From assembly GCA_001771135.1 (NCBI GenBank), contig MESW01000005.1:17467-81466 (forward strand): a stretch of 64,000 bases of DNA, given 5' to 3'. Shown here piece after piece: positions 48,168 to 59,979 of this stretch. A program made the translations under genes and the position numbers. The notes under the pieces are model-generated. The model made no database searches. It was not told the DNA's origin and was given only the letters and a program-made list of their open reading frames with translations. Source of the DNA: a candidate division CPR3 bacterium GWF2_35_18. Lineage in GTDB: Bacteria > Patescibacteriota > CPR3 > GWF2-35-18. Positions within the stretch are counted from its first letter, which is position 1, and each line of letters opens with the position of its first letter.

Positions 48168-48527
48168 CTAAAATTGTAAACCACCTTTTCGCGCGCCTTC
48201 GGCGAGTGCTTTTACCCTACCATGATAGTTATAAGCTCCACGATCAAAAACGACTTTTTTAATCTTTTGTTTTTCGGCTTTTTTCGCGAGAGATTCACCC
48301 ACCAAATTAGCTCTTTCAGTTTTAGTCTTTTTCTGATCGTTTTCACTCAGATCTTTTTCAGAAGCAGCAACCAGAGTAACTTTTTTCCAATCATCAATAA
48401 TCTGAGCATAACAATATTTATTAGAGCGAAAAACCGACAAACGGTAACGCTCTAGCCGTTTTAAAAGTGATTTTCTAACTCTTAATTTTCTTTTTTCTTT
48501 AATATTTTTGTATTTATGAAATGCCAT
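48168..48527 (-). CDS. rplR: 50S ribosomal protein L18.
   Basis: Conserved L18 C-terminus FDRGAYNYHGRVKALAEGARKGGLQF. Confidence 0.9.
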   Translation of the reverse strand: MAFHKYKNIKEKRKLRVRKSLLKRLERYRLSVFRSNKYCYAQIIDDWKKVTLVAASEKDLSENDQKKTKTERANLVGESLAKKAEKQKIKKVVFDRGAYNYHGRVKALAEGARKGGLQF

Positions 48528-48582
48528 ATTTAAATCCTTCAGCCAGAGGCTGACCAGCTTTCAGCTGGAAATTTTAATTACT

Positions 48583-49137
48583 TTATGATGCTCCGGCAGC
48601 TTTTGCTGCTTTTCCAACTTTACGACGGATTACTTCACCAACATACTTAATTCCTTTACCTTTGTAAGGCTCACACGGCTTTAGCTTTCGAATTGTAGCC
48701 GCAACTTGTCCCACAATCTGTTTATCTATTCCACTGATCGTAATTTTGGTTTCTTCTTCAACTTTGACTTCGATTCCCTCTGGAATTTTATAAGTAACCG
48801 GTGATGAATATCCAATATTCAAGATCAAACTATCTTTTGCTTGAATCTTGGCTTTGTATCCAACTCCTGACATCTCTAGTTCTTTAATAAATCCTTTTGT
48901 GACACCCAAAACCATTCCGGAGAGTAAACTTCGGAAAAGACCATGATAAGCTCTTGTTTGACTCAAATCATTGGTTCGAGTAAGGATAATGTTGTTATCT
49001 TTAATTTCTAATTTAATTTCCGGTTTAACTTCAAGATGAAGCTCTCCTTTAGGTCCTTTGACGGAAATTTTATTCCCATCAATTTTAACTTCAACTCCTT
49101 CAACTATTTTTACCGGTAATTTTCCAATTCTAGACAT
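48583..49137 (-). CDS. rplF: 50S ribosomal protein L6.
   Basis: MSRIGKLPVKI N-terminus. Confidence 0.9.
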   Translation of the reverse strand: MSRIGKLPVKIVEGVEVKIDGNKISVKGPKGELHLEVKPEIKLEIKDNNIILTRTNDLSQTRAYHGLFRSLLSGMVLGVTKGFIKELEMSGVGYKAKIQAKDSLILNIGYSSPVTYKIPEGIEVKVEEETKITISGIDKQIVGQVAATIRKLKPCEPYKGKGIKYVGEVIRRKVGKAAKAAGAS

Positions 49138-49162
49138 ATTTTATACCTTTAATGAAATAAAT

Positions 49163-49543
49163 TTACCAAATTTCACACAAAACTTCGCCGCCCATCTTTT
49201 CTTTTCGGGCTTGATTATCTGTCATCAAACCTTTAGGGGTGGAAACAATTTGCATTCCGTGTCCACCTAAAGTCTTTTTTATCCCTTTACTTTTACGGTA
49301 AATACGCACCCCGGGTTTCGAAATACGTTTAATTCTTTGAATTACAAAATCTTTATCATAATATTTCAAGAAGATTTTAATAACTCGATCCTCTAATTTA
49401 TAATCTGTAATATACAAACTATCTTTAAGAACTTTTAAGATCTCTAGTTTAATTTTTGAGGTAGGAGTTTCAACAATTTTATTTTTTGCTGCTCCACCAT
49501 TTCTTATTGTCGTTAACATGTCCGCAATGGGATCACTGATCAT
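49163..49543 (-). CDS. rpsH: 30S ribosomal protein S8.
   Basis: MISDPIADMLTTIRNG. Confidence 0.9.
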   Translation of the reverse strand: MISDPIADMLTTIRNGGAAKNKIVETPTSKIKLEILKVLKDSLYITDYKLEDRVIKIFLKYYDKDFVIQRIKRISKPGVRIYRKSKGIKKTLGGHGMQIVSTPKGLMTDNQARKEKMGGEVLCEIW

Positions 49544-49568
49544 ATATATTCCTTTCAGAAATATTTTT

Positions 49569-49754
49569 TTACCAAGAAGATTTCTTTACACCAGGAATTT
49601 CTCCCCGGGATGCCATCTCTCTCAAGCAGATCCGGCAAAGGCCAAAAAAACGATAATACCCTCTTTTTCGGCCACAATTTGTACAACGATTAGTTTCTTT
49701 CACTTTGTATTTTTTTGTTTTTTTTGATCTTTCTATCTGTGATGTTTTTGGCAC
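49569..49754 (-). CDS. rpsN: 30S ribosomal protein S14, type Z (zinc-binding, 61 aa).
   Basis: CTNCGRKRG...CRIC. Confidence 0.9.
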   Translation of the reverse strand: MPKTSQIERSKKTKKYKVKETNRCTNCGRKRGYYRFFGLCRICLREMASRGEIPGVKKSSW

Positions 49755-49767
49755 AATTTAATCCTTT

Positions 49768-50322
49768 TTATCTTTTTTTATCTTTTTTCTCAAATGGTAA
49801 ACCCAATCTTTGCAATAAAAGCTTCGCTTGCTCATCAGAATTTGTATTGGTCACGATCGTAATCTGTAATCCGCGAATCTTATCAATTTTTCCAAATTCA
49901 ATTTCCAGAAACACGATCTGTTCTCTCATCCCGATAGAATAATTTCCTTGACCGTCAAAAGCATTCAAAGGTAAACCTTGAAAGTCGCGAACGCGGGGAA
50001 AAACCAAAGTAAAAAGCTTGTCTAAAAAAGCATACATGCGATCTCCACGAAGAGTTACTTTGGTTCCAATTTCATTTCCCTGTCTTACTTTAAAAGCGGC
50101 GATTGATTTTTTCGCTCTTGTAAAGGCCGGTTTCTGACCACAAATTAACGCTAAATCTGACATCGCTCCTTCAAGATCCTTTTTATTGGTAACCGCTGAT
50201 CCCACTCCAATAGAAACTACTACTTTTTTTACCATTGGAACTTCATAAGGATTCTGAAGTTCAAATTCTTTGACCAAGGCGGGACGTATTTCTTTGATGT
50301 ATTTTTCTTTTAAACGATTCAT
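49768..50322 (-). CDS. rplE: 50S ribosomal protein L5.
   Basis: Conserved L5 C-terminal core motif. Confidence 0.9.
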   Translation of the reverse strand: MNRLKEKYIKEIRPALVKEFELQNPYEVPMVKKVVVSIGVGSAVTNKKDLEGAMSDLALICGQKPAFTRAKKSIAAFKVRQGNEIGTKVTLRGDRMYAFLDKLFTLVFPRVRDFQGLPLNAFDGQGNYSIGMREQIVFLEIEFGKIDKIRGLQITIVTNTNSDEQAKLLLQRLGLPFEKKDKKR

Positions 50323-50324
50323 AA

Positions 50325-50639
50325 TTATTTAGTTAAAACCTCTTTACATTTTTTACAGTAACGATATTTTTGACCTGTTTCTTTTTTATCATAACCAATT
50401 CGAGTCGGCTTTCCACATTTGGGACAAATTATTTTTAAGTTTTCAACTCGAAGAGGTCTTGTGATCGAGATAATTCCACCGGGATCTTTATCCCCTCGAG
50501 ATTTCTGATGTTTTTTATAAACATTTATCCCTTCGACAATTACTCGATTTTCTTTAGGTAAAGTTTCTTTAACGATACCCTCTTTTCCGGCATCTTTTCC
50601 TTTAAGTACTTTTATTTTATCACCACTTTTAATTTTCAT
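50325..50639 (-). CDS. rplX: 50S ribosomal protein L24, with a C-terminal Cys4 zinc-ribbon variant.
   Basis: KOW motif KGKDAGKEG plus CPKCGK...CKKC. Confidence 0.9.
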   Translation of the reverse strand: MKIKSGDKIKVLKGKDAGKEGIVKETLPKENRVIVEGINVYKKHQKSRGDKDPGGIISITRPLRVENLKIICPKCGKPTRIGYDKKETGQKYRYCKKCKEVLTK

Positions 50640-50642
50640 AGG

Positions 50643-51011
50643 TTACAAAACTTCCTTTGCTAGTGAAATAATCTTACTATATCCCTTTTCCCGAAGTTCA
50701 CGCGCCACCGGTCCAAAAATACGAGTACCACGAGGCATTCCGTCTTTATCAATAACCACAACCGCATTATCATCAAAACGAATATAGCTACCATCATTAC
50801 GACGAACCTCTTTTCGAGTCCGGACAATAACCGCGTCTGCTTTTTCGTGAGTTTTTACGATTCCAGTTGGATCGCCCAAATCAACACTGACTTTTATTTT
50901 GTCTCCGATAGTGGCGGTACGATTCTTACTAGCACCGGGAATTCCAATGCATTTTACAATTCTCGCTCCACTATTATCGGCCACTTTTAAACGTGTTCCT
51001 CTTTGAATCAC
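50643..51011 (-). CDS. rplN: 50S ribosomal protein L14.
   Basis: [16 protein letters not shown]. Confidence 0.9.
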   Translation of the reverse strand: MIQRGTRLKVADNSGARIVKCIGIPGASKNRTATIGDKIKVSVDLGDPTGIVKTHEKADAVIVRTRKEVRRNDGSYIRFDDNAVVVIDKDGMPRGTRIFGPVARELREKGYSKIISLAKEVL

Positions 51012-51259
51012 TTTAATTCTCCATTTTTGTTAATAATTTCTTTGACAATAAACTTCTTATCTTTAGACATTGGTTTTACCTCTTCAAGAATAACCATATC
51101 TCCTAAAACTGCTCCCAATTCGTTGTGTGCTTTATATTTTTTATGACGGCGCATCCTTTTTTGATAAATAGGATGAACTTTCATGCCTTCGACAGAAACA
51201 ACAACAGTCTTTTCCATTTTGTCTGAAACAACCAATCCCTGTATTATTTTTTTAGACAT
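51008..51259 (-). CDS. rpsQ: 30S ribosomal protein S17.
   Basis: [14 protein letters not shown]. Confidence 0.9.
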   Translation of the reverse strand: MSKKIIQGLVVSDKMEKTVVVSVEGMKVHPIYQKRMRRHKKYKAHNELGAVLGDMVILEEVKPMSKDKKFIVKEIINKNGELK

Positions 51260-51290
51260 AAACTGTGCTCCTTAAGTTTACAAAAACAAA

Positions 51291-51515
51291 TTACTTCTTA
51301 ATAAATTTTTTTAAATTTAATTTCGTTTCTAATCTAGCAATCTCTTTTCTCAACATATTGATTTCATGCGGATTTTTGAGTTTGCCCATGCGTAAATCAA
51401 TTTTTAAATCCAACATTTTTCTTTTTTTCTCTTTAATTTCGGTGATTGACTCATTTCCATTAAGATCCGCTTTAACTACTTTTTCAGTTTTTTGTTTATC
51501 TTTTTTATCGGTCAT
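51291..51515 (-). CDS. rpmC: 50S ribosomal protein L29, with an N-terminal extension.
   Basis: L29 helical core ELRELTDEELVEKL-like; position in the operon. Confidence 0.8.
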   Translation of the reverse strand: MTDKKDKQKTEKVVKADLNGNESITEIKEKKRKMLDLKIDLRMGKLKNPHEINMLRKEIARLETKLNLKKFIKK

Positions 51516-51517
51516 AA

Positions 51518-51937
51518 TTATAATTGTGTGGTTTCTTTACTTACAAATTTTGTTTCAATCGATAACTTGTGTGATGCTAATCTAAAAGCTTCTTTGGCAA
51601 TATCAATAGTGACTCCACCGATTTCAAAAAGTATTTTTCCTCTTTTGACAACTGCTACATAATGATCAACATCACCCTTACCACCACCCATTCTAACTTC
51701 AAGAGGTTTTTGGGTAACTGGTTTATGTGGAAAAACTCGAATCCATACTTTTCCACCTCTTTTGGTGTAGTGAGAGATAGCTCGACGCGCTGATTCTAAT
51801 TCTCGCGCTCTTACCCAACCGTTTCCCGCTGCTTTCAAACCAAACTCTCCAAAAGAAAGAGTAAAACCTCTTTTGGCCATTCCCTTACGACGATCTCTAA
51901 ATTGTTTGCGATATTTGGTTCTTTTTGGTTGTAACAT
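51518..51937 (-). CDS. rplP: 50S ribosomal protein L16.
   Basis: [11 protein letters not shown]. Confidence 0.9.
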   Translation of the reverse strand: MLQPKRTKYRKQFRDRRKGMAKRGFTLSFGEFGLKAAGNGWVRARELESARRAISHYTKRGGKVWIRVFPHKPVTQKPLEVRMGGGKGDVDHYVAVVKRGKILFEIGGVTIDIAKEAFRLASHKLSIETKFVSKETTQL

Positions 51938-51938
51938 T

Positions 51939-52622
51939 TTATTTTTCCGTATCTTTAGTCGCTGACGCTAATTTATTTTTTAATCCTTTTTTCCCAATCT
52001 CTTTTTTCCCTCGATTAATCCAGACTTTAATTCCTAATGTTCCATATTTTGTGTTTGACGTGTCTTCAGCAAAATCAATATCCGCTGATAAATTCTGTAA
52101 AGGAACTGATCCCTGAGCTAAATAAAGGGTTCGGGCAATTTCTTGACCTCCGACTCTACCACTAATTGCTACCTTTGCCCCAACAGCTCCGGCTTCCATA
52201 ATTTTCTCAATTGTCCCTTTTAAAATGCGTTTTTCCGGAACACGACGCTCTACCTGTCCCGCAATTTCCTGAGCCATAATCTTCGCTGATAAAAACGGTT
52301 TTTTCACTTCGGTAACAGCAAGCTGAATCTTCTCCGATTTGGTTAACTTTGCTAATTCATTTTTTAAAGAATCTATTCCTGCTCCACCTCGACCAATGAT
52401 TAACCCTGGTTTGCTGACATAAAGAGATATCTTGGTCTTTTTCATCGAACGTTCAATTTCTACTCTGGACAAACCCATTCTCTTTAATTTGTTAAATAAA
52501 TATTTACGAATTTTAATGTCTTCAGTCAAGAAATCCTTAAAACTACCTAAAGAAAACCATTTTGCACTCCAGGTATGTTGGATTCCTAGTCTAAAACTAA
52601 TAGGATGTGTTTTATTCCCCAT
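51939..52622 (-). CDS. rpsC: 30S ribosomal protein S3.
   Basis: [13 protein letters not shown]; KH domain. Confidence 0.9.
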   Translation of the reverse strand: MGNKTHPISFRLGIQHTWSAKWFSLGSFKDFLTEDIKIRKYLFNKLKRMGLSRVEIERSMKKTKISLYVSKPGLIIGRGGAGIDSLKNELAKLTKSEKIQLAVTEVKKPFLSAKIMAQEIAGQVERRVPEKRILKGTIEKIMEAGAVGAKVAISGRVGGQEIARTLYLAQGSVPLQNLSADIDFAEDTSNTKYGTLGIKVWINRGKKEIGKKGLKNKLASATKDTEK

Positions 52623-52623
52623 C

Positions 52624-53121
52624 TTACTTTAGCTCCTTTTTGTCCAAAGCTTTTTTCGTATCTGTTTTCTTTGTATTCTTAACTTTTTCAGTACTATCTT
52701 CAGCCTTTTCTTTCTTTGACTCTTTCTTTTTAGAAAGATCTGAAGCTTTTGCTTCTAAGTAAATTTTAATATTAGAAGTTCTTTTATTAATTCGACTAGC
52801 CATTCCGCGAGATCGAGCTCGAAATCTTTTTAAGGTAGGACCTTCACCGACTTCGATTTTTTTAACAATGAGATCGTCTTCGCGTAATCCAAAGTTATGA
52901 ACTGCATTAGCAATGGCTGATTTTAACACTTTTTCAATCAAATGAGAACTTTTCCTCTCCACGACAGTTAATCTATCTAAAGCATCACTTGCCTTCAATT
53001 TGCTAATTAGTCTGGCTACCATTCTCGCTTTAAAGGCAGAGATTCTGGCTTGACGATGCTCAGCAATAATTACTTGTGGAGAAATTACCGTTTTACTTGT
53101 ATTTTTATCCATGTGATTCAC
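52624..53121 (-). CDS. rplV: 50S ribosomal protein L22, with a Lys/Glu-rich C-terminal extension.
   Basis: ARMVARLI...; position in the operon. Confidence 0.85.
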   Translation of the reverse strand: MNHMDKNTSKTVISPQVIIAEHRQARISAFKARMVARLISKLKASDALDRLTVVERKSSHLIEKVLKSAIANAVHNFGLREDDLIVKKIEVGEGPTLKRFRARSRGMASRINKRTSNIKIYLEAKASDLSKKKESKKEKAEDSTEKVKNTKKTDTKKALDKKELK

Positions 53122-53404
53122 CCTCTGCTTCTGGTTTTACATAACCTTTTCGGCTATGAGAACGGAACGTTCTGGTTAAAGAAAATTCACCTAGTTTATG
53201 TCCCACCATATTTTCAGTAATAAATACTGGAAAATGGACTCTACCGTTGTGTACACCTAAAGTGTGTCCTACCATCTCCGGAGAGATATCCGAGTATCGC
53301 GCCCAAGTTTTAATGATATCTTTACTACCTGTTTCTTTTTGTTTTAGAACTTTTTTCAATAATTTTTGATCAACGTAAGGACCTTTTTTTGAGCTTCTTC
53401 CCAT
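53105..53404 (-). CDS. rpsS: 30S ribosomal protein S19.
   Basis: [12 protein letters not shown]...GHKLGEF. Confidence 0.9.
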   Translation of the reverse strand: MGRSSKKGPYVDQKLLKKVLKQKETGSKDIIKTWARYSDISPEMVGHTLGVHNGRVHFPVFITENMVGHKLGEFSLTRTFRSHSRKGYVKPEAEGESHG

Positions 53405-53458
53405 AGTTTATCGGTTAGTTAATAATTCTCTCGTGGAATAAAATCCAGGGAATAATAA

Positions 53459-54283
53459 CTAGGACTTCCTCCTTTTGATAATTAATTTGTTGCTGGCTTT
53501 TTTGTTTCGAGTTTTTACACCCATAGCTCTTTTTCCCCATGGAGTCTTTGGAGGCATACCAGTTCCGCTTTTTCCTTCTCCTCCACCATGTGGGTGAGCA
53601 TCCGGATGCATGGCCGTACCTCTAACACTCGGTCTAATTCCGCGAATTCTACTTCTACCGGCTTTTCCAAGTTTAATATTTTTGTGATCTATATTTGATA
53701 AAGAACCAAATGTTGCACAACATTCATTCAAGATTAAACGAACTTCACCTGAAGGCATTTTTATCTGAGTATATTTGTCTTCACGATTCATCAGAGTTGC
53801 AGAAGAACCAGCCGATCTAACTAATTGCCCACCTTTTCCAGGATACATCTCAATATTGTGAATGATACTTCCCAAAGGCATGTTAAGTAACGGCATACTG
53901 TTTCCAGTCTTCACCGGAGCTTTTTCCCCAGACATTACCTCATCACCAACATGTAAACCTTGAGGAGCTAAGATATATCTCTTTTCTCCATCTAAATAGT
54001 GAAGTAACGCTATAAATGAAGTCCTATTGGGATCATATTCTATACTAATCACTTTCGCTTTAATGTTACACTTATCTCTCTTAAAATCGATATCGCGATA
54101 AAATCTTTTATGTCGTCCCCCTTTGTGTCTGGTAGCAACTTTTCCACCACCTCGACCCAACATTTTGGAGATAGAGCTTAAAAGACTCTTTTCGGCTTTG
54201 ACACCAGTTAATTCCTTGCGATAATCAATTCCGATTCTATTTCTTTGTGAGTTTGTATTTTCTTTAAATACTTTAATTGCCAT
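53459..54283 (-). CDS. rplB: 50S ribosomal protein L2.
   Basis: Conserved L2 C-terminal motifs. Confidence 0.9.
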   Translation of the reverse strand: MAIKVFKENTNSQRNRIGIDYRKELTGVKAEKSLLSSISKMLGRGGGKVATRHKGGRHKRFYRDIDFKRDKCNIKAKVISIEYDPNRTSFIALLHYLDGEKRYILAPQGLHVGDEVMSGEKAPVKTGNSMPLLNMPLGSIIHNIEMYPGKGGQLVRSAGSSATLMNREDKYTQIKMPSGEVRLILNECCATFGSLSNIDHKNIKLGKAGRSRIRGIRPSVRGTAMHPDAHPHGGGEGKSGTGMPPKTPWGKRAMGVKTRNKKASNKLIIKRRKS

Positions 54284-54298
54284 TTTATTATCCTAATA

Positions 54299-54601
54299 TT
54301 ATTTCTTCTCTTGCCCAAGATCAAAGGCATCGATCTTTTGTTCGGCTTTAATTGTTACAATTGCCTTTCTTTTATCTTCTTTTTTCCCTGCGATTCTTTT
54401 TTTCCCAAAAGTAACCTTTTTCCCGCGAATGTTTACAACTTTTACATCTAAAACATCAACACTAAATTTATTTTCGACTGCGTTTTTGATTTCATGCTTC
54501 GTTGCATTTTTGTGTACTTGAAAAGTGTATCGGTTTTTGGCCGTGTTATTCAAGCTTTTTTCACTAATTATTGGTCTAATAATAACACTCGTTAATTCCA
54601 T
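54299..54601 (-). CDS. rplW: 50S ribosomal protein L23. I prefer the start at the internal Met directly after the rplD stop.
   Basis: MELTSVIIRPIISEKS is an L23 N-terminus. The track ORF start at 54679 would overlap rplD by 73 nt. Confidence 0.85.
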   Translation of the reverse strand: MELTSVIIRPIISEKSLNNTAKNRYTFQVHKNATKHEIKNAVENKFSVDVLDVKVVNIRGKKVTFGKKRIAGKKEDKRKAIVTIKAEQKIDAFDLGQEKK

Positions 54602-54606
54602 AATCT

Positions 54607-55254
54607 TTATGCCTTCTTCTCTAAAAATGTTTTTTCTAAGATTTCGAAAGAGTCTTTTAACATTAAGATCGTGTCGCATTTCATCACATTATAAGTATTA
54701 ATCTGAGAAACAATCATACTTTCACATTTTTGAATATTGCGAAAAGAGTAATGTATATTATCATTTTTCTCCGGAATAATAACTAAAACACTTCTTTTAA
54801 TTTCTAATTTATTCAATAAATCTTTGACTCTTTTAGTCTGCGGTTTAGAAAGTTCAATCTTTTCTACTACTTTTAATTTATTTTCGGCTAACTTCTCTGA
54901 CAAAGCTGAGAAGAGAGCGGCTTTTTTCATTTTTTTGCTTAATTTACGCGAAAAATCGTGTGGATGCGGACCATGAGCAATTCCCCCTTTTGTCCAAATA
55001 GGAGAACGAGTTGATCCTTGTCTTGCCCTACCAGTTCCCTTTTGCTTCCAAGGTTTTTTTCCTCCACCAGAAACATCCCCTCGATCTTTAGTATTGGCTG
55101 TCCCGCGTCTTTGATTGGCTAAATATACCTTTACCGCCTGAGCCATTAGTTCTGGATTTACCTTTGCACCAAAGATCATTTCAGGTAAAGTAAAAGTTCC
55201 GACTTTTTCACCTTCAAAACTATATAAATCTGTAGTTAAATCTTTTTTGTTCAT
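54607..55254 (-). CDS. rplD: 50S ribosomal protein L4.
   Basis: Conserved L4 motifs. Confidence 0.9.
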   Translation of the reverse strand: MNKKDLTTDLYSFEGEKVGTFTLPEMIFGAKVNPELMAQAVKVYLANQRRGTANTKDRGDVSGGGKKPWKQKGTGRARQGSTRSPIWTKGGIAHGPHPHDFSRKLSKKMKKAALFSALSEKLAENKLKVVEKIELSKPQTKRVKDLLNKLEIKRSVLVIIPEKNDNIHYSFRNIQKCESMIVSQINTYNVMKCDTILMLKDSFEILEKTFLEKKA

Positions 55255-55883
55255 TAATTTACTTTTATAATTGTTAAAATGGAGCCACGATAACCGGGAA
55301 CAGCTCCCTTTATTTTCATTTGATTGTTTTTTTCATCAATGGCAATAACTTCTAATCCTTTGACAGTTATTCTCTCATCACCCATATGCCCACCCATTTT
55401 TTTGCCTTTGTAGACTCTTCCAGGATCAGTTCTTCCACCAATTGAACCAGGAGCACGGTGACGATCAGATTGTCCATGTGTTTTTGGTCCACCATGAAAT
55501 CCATGTCTTTTTACGACTCCAGCAAAACCCTTTCCCTTGGAAACTCCCATCACTTGAACTTTATTTCCCACTGTAAAAATATCTGATATCTGAAACTCTT
55601 TTCCCACTTTTAAATCCTCTTCTATCTGCGAAACCGGAAATTCCTTTAAAATAGCTGGTTTAGAACGGATATTTTTAAAGTGTCCGTAGAGTGATTTTTT
55701 CAAGTTTTTAGGTTTTCGATTACCAAATCCAAGCTGTAGAGAGGAATAATTCTCTTTATTCTCATTTTTAATCTGGGTGACCACACAAGGCCCAACCTCT
55801 AAAACAGTAACTGGAACTAAAGACCCATCTTCCTTAAAAACCTGAGACATTTCAATTTTTTTTGCAATTAAACCATTTAACAT
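55254..55883 (-). CDS. rplC: 50S ribosomal protein L3.
   Basis: Conserved L3 motifs. Confidence 0.9.
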   Translation of the reverse strand: MLNGLIAKKIEMSQVFKEDGSLVPVTVLEVGPCVVTQIKNENKENYSSLQLGFGNRKPKNLKKSLYGHFKNIRSKPAILKEFPVSQIEEDLKVGKEFQISDIFTVGNKVQVMGVSKGKGFAGVVKRHGFHGGPKTHGQSDRHRAPGSIGGRTDPGRVYKGKKMGGHMGDERITVKGLEVIAIDEKNNQMKIKGAVPGYRGSILTIIKVN

Positions 55884-56017
55884 AATGAAAAAGAAAAGAA
55901 GCGATTCACTTTATTTTAAAAGCAAATCACTTCTCCCTAAGATAAACACAAATTATAGTTTTCTTAAAGATTAATCAATTGAGAAGATAACCCTCCTCAT
56001 TAAATTTAAAAAATATA

Positions 56018-56326
56018 CTACATCTTAATTTCAATATCCACACCCGCTGGAAGATCCAAATGCATTAATGCATCAATCGTTTTTGGAGTCGGAATCAATA
56101 TATCAATAAGTCGTTTATGAATCCTCATTTCAAAATGTTCTCTGGAATCTTTATCAATATGTGGACCACTAATCACGCACCACTTCTTCATCTCAGTTGG
56201 TAAAGGAATCGGTCCTGCAACCTTAGCTCCAGTTCGAATTGCCGTATCCAAAATTTCTTCGGCGGCGATGTCGATAACTCGATGATCGTATGATTTTAAA
56301 CGTACTCTAATACGTCCTTTTGCCAT
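56018..56326 (-). CDS. rpsJ: 30S ribosomal protein S10.
   Basis: [14 protein letters not shown] motif. Confidence 0.9.
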   Translation of the reverse strand: MAKGRIRVRLKSYDHRVIDIAAEEILDTAIRTGAKVAGPIPLPTEMKKWCVISGPHIDKDSREHFEMRIHKRLIDILIPTPKTIDALMHLDLPAGVDIEIKM

Positions 56327-56423
56327 AATTTTTCTTTTTTAGAGCCAAAACTATAGGGACAATACCTTTGACTCAACCTAAATATTATTTATAACTTATA
56401 AACCTTTTAACTTTAAAGCAAAT

Positions 56424-56451
56424 ATACCAAGCCGTAATTGGTCTTGGTATA
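56424..56451 (-). promoter_or_regulatory. Perfect 9-bp hairpin (UAUACCAAG-10 nt-CUUGGUAUA) in the S10-operon leader.
   Basis: Seen directly in the sequence, about 100 nt upstream of rpsJ. Confidence 0.35.
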
Positions 56452-56469
56452 TTAATGCTTTGATCATTT

Positions 56470-57675
56470 TTATTTTACAACCTTAGATACTACTCCCGCT
56501 CCCACAGTGTGTCCACCTTCTCGAATTGCGAAACGCAAACCCTCTTCTAAAGCAACCGGTTGAATTAATTTAACTTTAAATTTCACACTATCTCCTGGCA
56601 TAACCATTTCTACTCCTTCAGGAAGATCAACTTCTCCGGTAATATCAGTAGTCTTTACATAGAATTGAGGTCGATAACCCTTAAAAAAAGGAGTGTGTCG
56701 TCCACCTTCTTCTTTATTCAAAATATACACTTCGGATTCAAATTCGGTATGAGGCTTTACAGAACCGGGTTTGGCTAAGACCATTCCTCTTTCTACGTCA
56801 GTTCTTTCAACTCCACGAAGAAGACAACCAACATTATCTCCAGCCTGACCCTCATCGAGTAACTTTCGGAACATTTCTACACCAGTAACCACGCTCTTTT
56901 GAATTTTATCTTTAATACCAATAATCTCAATTTCTTCGTTAACTTTAACAATTCCACGTTCAATTCTTCCAGTAACAACAGTACCACGACCGGAAATAGA
57001 GAAAACATCTTCTACTGGCATCAAAAATGGCTTATCAACTGGTCGAACGGGAACAGGGATATAATTATCGATTGCATCAAGTAATTCCCAGATTGGTTTA
57101 GCCCATTTATCTTCTCGAGATAAATCTTCTGATTCTAAAGCTTTTAAGGCTGAACCTCTAATTATAGGTACTTCATCTCCAGGGAATTGATATTTTGTCA
57201 AAAGCTCTCGAACTTCCATTTCAACTAAGTCAAGCAGTTCAGCATCTTCAACCATATCTACCTTATTTAAGAAAACAACCACTTTAGGAACATTTACCTG
57301 ATAAGCAAGCAAGATATGTTCTCTAGTTTGAGGCATTGGTCCATCAGGAGCAGCAACCACGAGGATTGCACCATCCATTTGAGCAGCACCAGTAATCATA
57401 TTTTTAATATAGTCTTGATGTCCAGGACAATCCACGTGTGCATAGTGAAATTTATCAGTTCGATATTCCAAGTGAGAAATAGAAATCGTAATTCCTCTTT
57501 CTTTCTCTTCTGGAGCATTATCAATCTGATCATACGCAAAATATTGCGCTTTTCCTTGTTTTGCAAGTACTTTAGTAATCGCTGCGGTTAATGTAGTTTT
57601 CCCATGATCAACATGTCCGATAGTTCCCACATTTTTGTGTGGAAGATCTCTTGAAAACTTCTCTTTTTCTGCCAT
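56470..57675 (-). CDS. tuf: Elongation factor Tu.
   Basis: [10 protein letters not shown] and DCPGH motifs; 401 aa. Confidence 0.95.
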   Translation of the reverse strand: MAEKEKFSRDLPHKNVGTIGHVDHGKTTLTAAITKVLAKQGKAQYFAYDQIDNAPEEKERGITISISHLEYRTDKFHYAHVDCPGHQDYIKNMITGAAQMDGAILVVAAPDGPMPQTREHILLAYQVNVPKVVVFLNKVDMVEDAELLDLVEMEVRELLTKYQFPGDEVPIIRGSALKALESEDLSREDKWAKPIWELLDAIDNYIPVPVRPVDKPFLMPVEDVFSISGRGTVVTGRIERGIVKVNEEIEIIGIKDKIQKSVVTGVEMFRKLLDEGQAGDNVGCLLRGVERTDVERGMVLAKPGSVKPHTEFESEVYILNKEEGGRHTPFFKGYRPQFYVKTTDITGEVDLPEGVEMVMPGDSVKFKVKLIQPVALEEGLRFAIREGGHTVGAGVVSKVVK

Positions 57676-57748
57676 TTTAAAACTCCTTTTGAAAAGTATA
57701 AATTAGCTTTATGTAAAAAATTTAATAAATACAAATTACAACTTAGGC

Positions 57749-57777
57749 ATTCTAGCATGGAGGCTCTTTGAAGTCAA
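57749..57777 (-). promoter_or_regulatory. Strong sigma70-like promoter for tuf.
   Basis: On the minus strand, TTGACT is followed by a 17-nt spacer and TAGAAT. It lies about 90 nt upstream of the tuf ATG. Confidence 0.5.
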
Positions 57778-57820
57778 CAGCTTTTATGCCACTACAAGGG
57801 GAAATACTTCTAAAACTAAA

Positions 57821-59962
57821 TTATTTGCGTGTATCTCCTTCTTGTTTCTCCCCGATAATTTTCTCCTGAACATTTCGTGGTGTTTCTTGATAATGGGATG
57901 GCTCCATTGTATAGGAAGCTCTTCCTTGAGTCAAAGATCTTAAATTCGTAGCATAACCAAACATTTCTGACAGCGGAACTAAAGCCGTAACTAAGCGGGC
58001 ATTTCCGATCTGATCCATTCCTTGAATTTGCCCTCGTTTTGAATTCAAGTCTCCAATAACATCTCCCATAAAATCTTCGGGGGTTGTTACTCCAACTTTC
58101 ATAATCGGTTCCAAAATAACCGGAGAAGCTCTACGTAATCCATCTTTTAAAGCCATAGCTCCTGCAATCTGGAAAGCAATATCGCTAGAATCAACATCAT
58201 GATACGAACCATCAAACAAAGTTGCTTTAAAATCAGTAGAAGGATAACCGGCTAAAACTCCAGAATCGAGAGCATTTCTGACACCTTTTTCAACCGAACC
58301 GATAAACTCCTGTGGAATTGATCCTCCTCTAACTGCATTAACAAATTCAAAACCCTCACCCCTGGCTTTTGGTTCTAACCTAAGGAGACAATGACCATAT
58401 TGTCCTTTTCCACCCGATTGACGAATATATTTTCCTTCTGACTCAATGCTTTTTTGAATAGTTTCTCTGAAAGCAACCTGTGGCCGACCTACATCAGCTT
58501 CTACTTTAAATTCTCGTTTCATTCGATCAACAAGAATATCTAGATGTAGCTCTCCCATACCCGCAATTGTTGTTTGTGCAGTTTCTTCATTATATTTTAT
58601 TTTAAAAGTTGGGTCTTCTTCAGAAAGACGATGTAAAGCATTTCCCAATTTTTCCTGATCCACCTTTGTTTTTGGTTCAATTGCAACGCTAATAACTGGA
58701 TCTGGGAATTCGATTGATTCTAAAACAATCGGACTACTCAAATCACATAAGGTATTTCCGGTAGTTGTCTGCTTAAGACCAGCAACAGCTCCAATCTCAC
58801 CCGCCCCTAGTTCTTGAACTTCCTCCTGATGAGCAGCATGCATCAAAAGAATTCTTCCCATTCTTTCTTTATCTTGTTTGGAAGCATTATAAACGTCCAT
58901 TCCACGGGTGACTTTTCCAGAATAGATACGGAAATAAGTTAATTTCATTTTTACAATCGGATCCATTTGAATTTTAAAGGCTAAAGCGCAGAATTTTTCA
59001 TTTTCAGAGACTTTACGAGTTTCTTCTACCCCAGTTTTTGGATTCAATCCTTTTATATATGGAACATCTAAAGGAGAAGGAAGATAATCGATAACAGCAT
59101 CTAGAAGAGGCTGTACCCCTTTATTTTTGAGTGAGGAACCGCATAAAATCAAAACCCTTTTATTAGTATCCTGCAAAACCACTTTTCGCAAACCTTTTTT
59201 AAGCTCTTCGATTGTCAGTGATTCACCGGCGAAATATTTTTCCATTAAAGAATCGTCTTTGTCCGCTGCGGCTTCGACTAATTTTTGACGGTATTCTTTG
59301 ACTTTTTCTTTATACTCTTCTGGAATATCTCCGTAAGTAATTTTTTCACCTTTTTCGTCCTTATAATACAAAGCTTTTTCCGATACTAAATCAATTACAC
59401 CTTGAAAATTATTTTCTTCTCCAATTGGAATATTTAAAGGAATCGGTTCAACGCCTAATCTTTCCTGAATCGATTTTCTATTATTCTCAAGTCTGGCTCC
59501 AAGTCCATCCATTTTATTAATAAAACAAATACGAGGAACATTATATTTATCAGCTTGATGCCAAACGGTTTCTGATTGTGGTTCAACACCCATCTTCCCA
59601 TCAAAAACAACAACTGCTCCGTCCAAAACACGTAAAGATCTTTCGACTTCAGCGGTAAAATCCACATGCCCCGGAGTATCAATAATATTAATTCGGTGAG
59701 TTTCAGGTAAATATTCTCTTTCTTCAGATAATGGCCAAAAACAGGTTGTCGCGGCTGATTGAATAGTGATACCTCTTTCTTTTTCCTGTTCCATCCAATC
59801 CATTTGTGTTGTTCCTTCGTCGATATCTCCGATTTTATAAGTCTTACCCGTATAATAGAGGATTCTTTCGGTCGTGGTCGTCTTTCCCGCATCAATATGC
59901 GCGATTATTCCGATATTGCGGATTTTATCTAAGCTAAATTTTTTGATTTCATCTGTAGGCAT
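57821..59962 (-). CDS. fusA: Elongation factor G.
   Basis: AHIDAGKTT and DTPGHVDF motifs; 713 aa. Confidence 0.95.
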   Translation of the reverse strand: MPTDEIKKFSLDKIRNIGIIAHIDAGKTTTTERILYYTGKTYKIGDIDEGTTQMDWMEQEKERGITIQSAATTCFWPLSEEREYLPETHRINIIDTPGHVDFTAEVERSLRVLDGAVVVFDGKMGVEPQSETVWHQADKYNVPRICFINKMDGLGARLENNRKSIQERLGVEPIPLNIPIGEENNFQGVIDLVSEKALYYKDEKGEKITYGDIPEEYKEKVKEYRQKLVEAAADKDDSLMEKYFAGESLTIEELKKGLRKVVLQDTNKRVLILCGSSLKNKGVQPLLDAVIDYLPSPLDVPYIKGLNPKTGVEETRKVSENEKFCALAFKIQMDPIVKMKLTYFRIYSGKVTRGMDVYNASKQDKERMGRILLMHAAHQEEVQELGAGEIGAVAGLKQTTTGNTLCDLSSPIVLESIEFPDPVISVAIEPKTKVDQEKLGNALHRLSEEDPTFKIKYNEETAQTTIAGMGELHLDILVDRMKREFKVEADVGRPQVAFRETIQKSIESEGKYIRQSGGKGQYGHCLLRLEPKARGEGFEFVNAVRGGSIPQEFIGSVEKGVRNALDSGVLAGYPSTDFKATLFDGSYHDVDSSDIAFQIAGAMALKDGLRRASPVILEPIMKVGVTTPEDFMGDVIGDLNSKRGQIQGMDQIGNARLVTALVPLSEMFGYATNLRSLTQGRASYTMEPSHYQETPRNVQEKIIGEKQEGDTRK

Positions 59963-59979
59963 AATAATAGTCCTTTAAA

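Noticed and set aside
54602-54679. The 5' extension of rplW overlapping rplD.
   Set aside because: A canonical L23 N-terminus begins at the internal Met immediately after the rplD stop.
59455-59895. A 146-aa ORF inside fusA on the same strand but in a different frame.
   Set aside because: It is embedded in the highly conserved EF-G coding sequence. This is a frame artefact.
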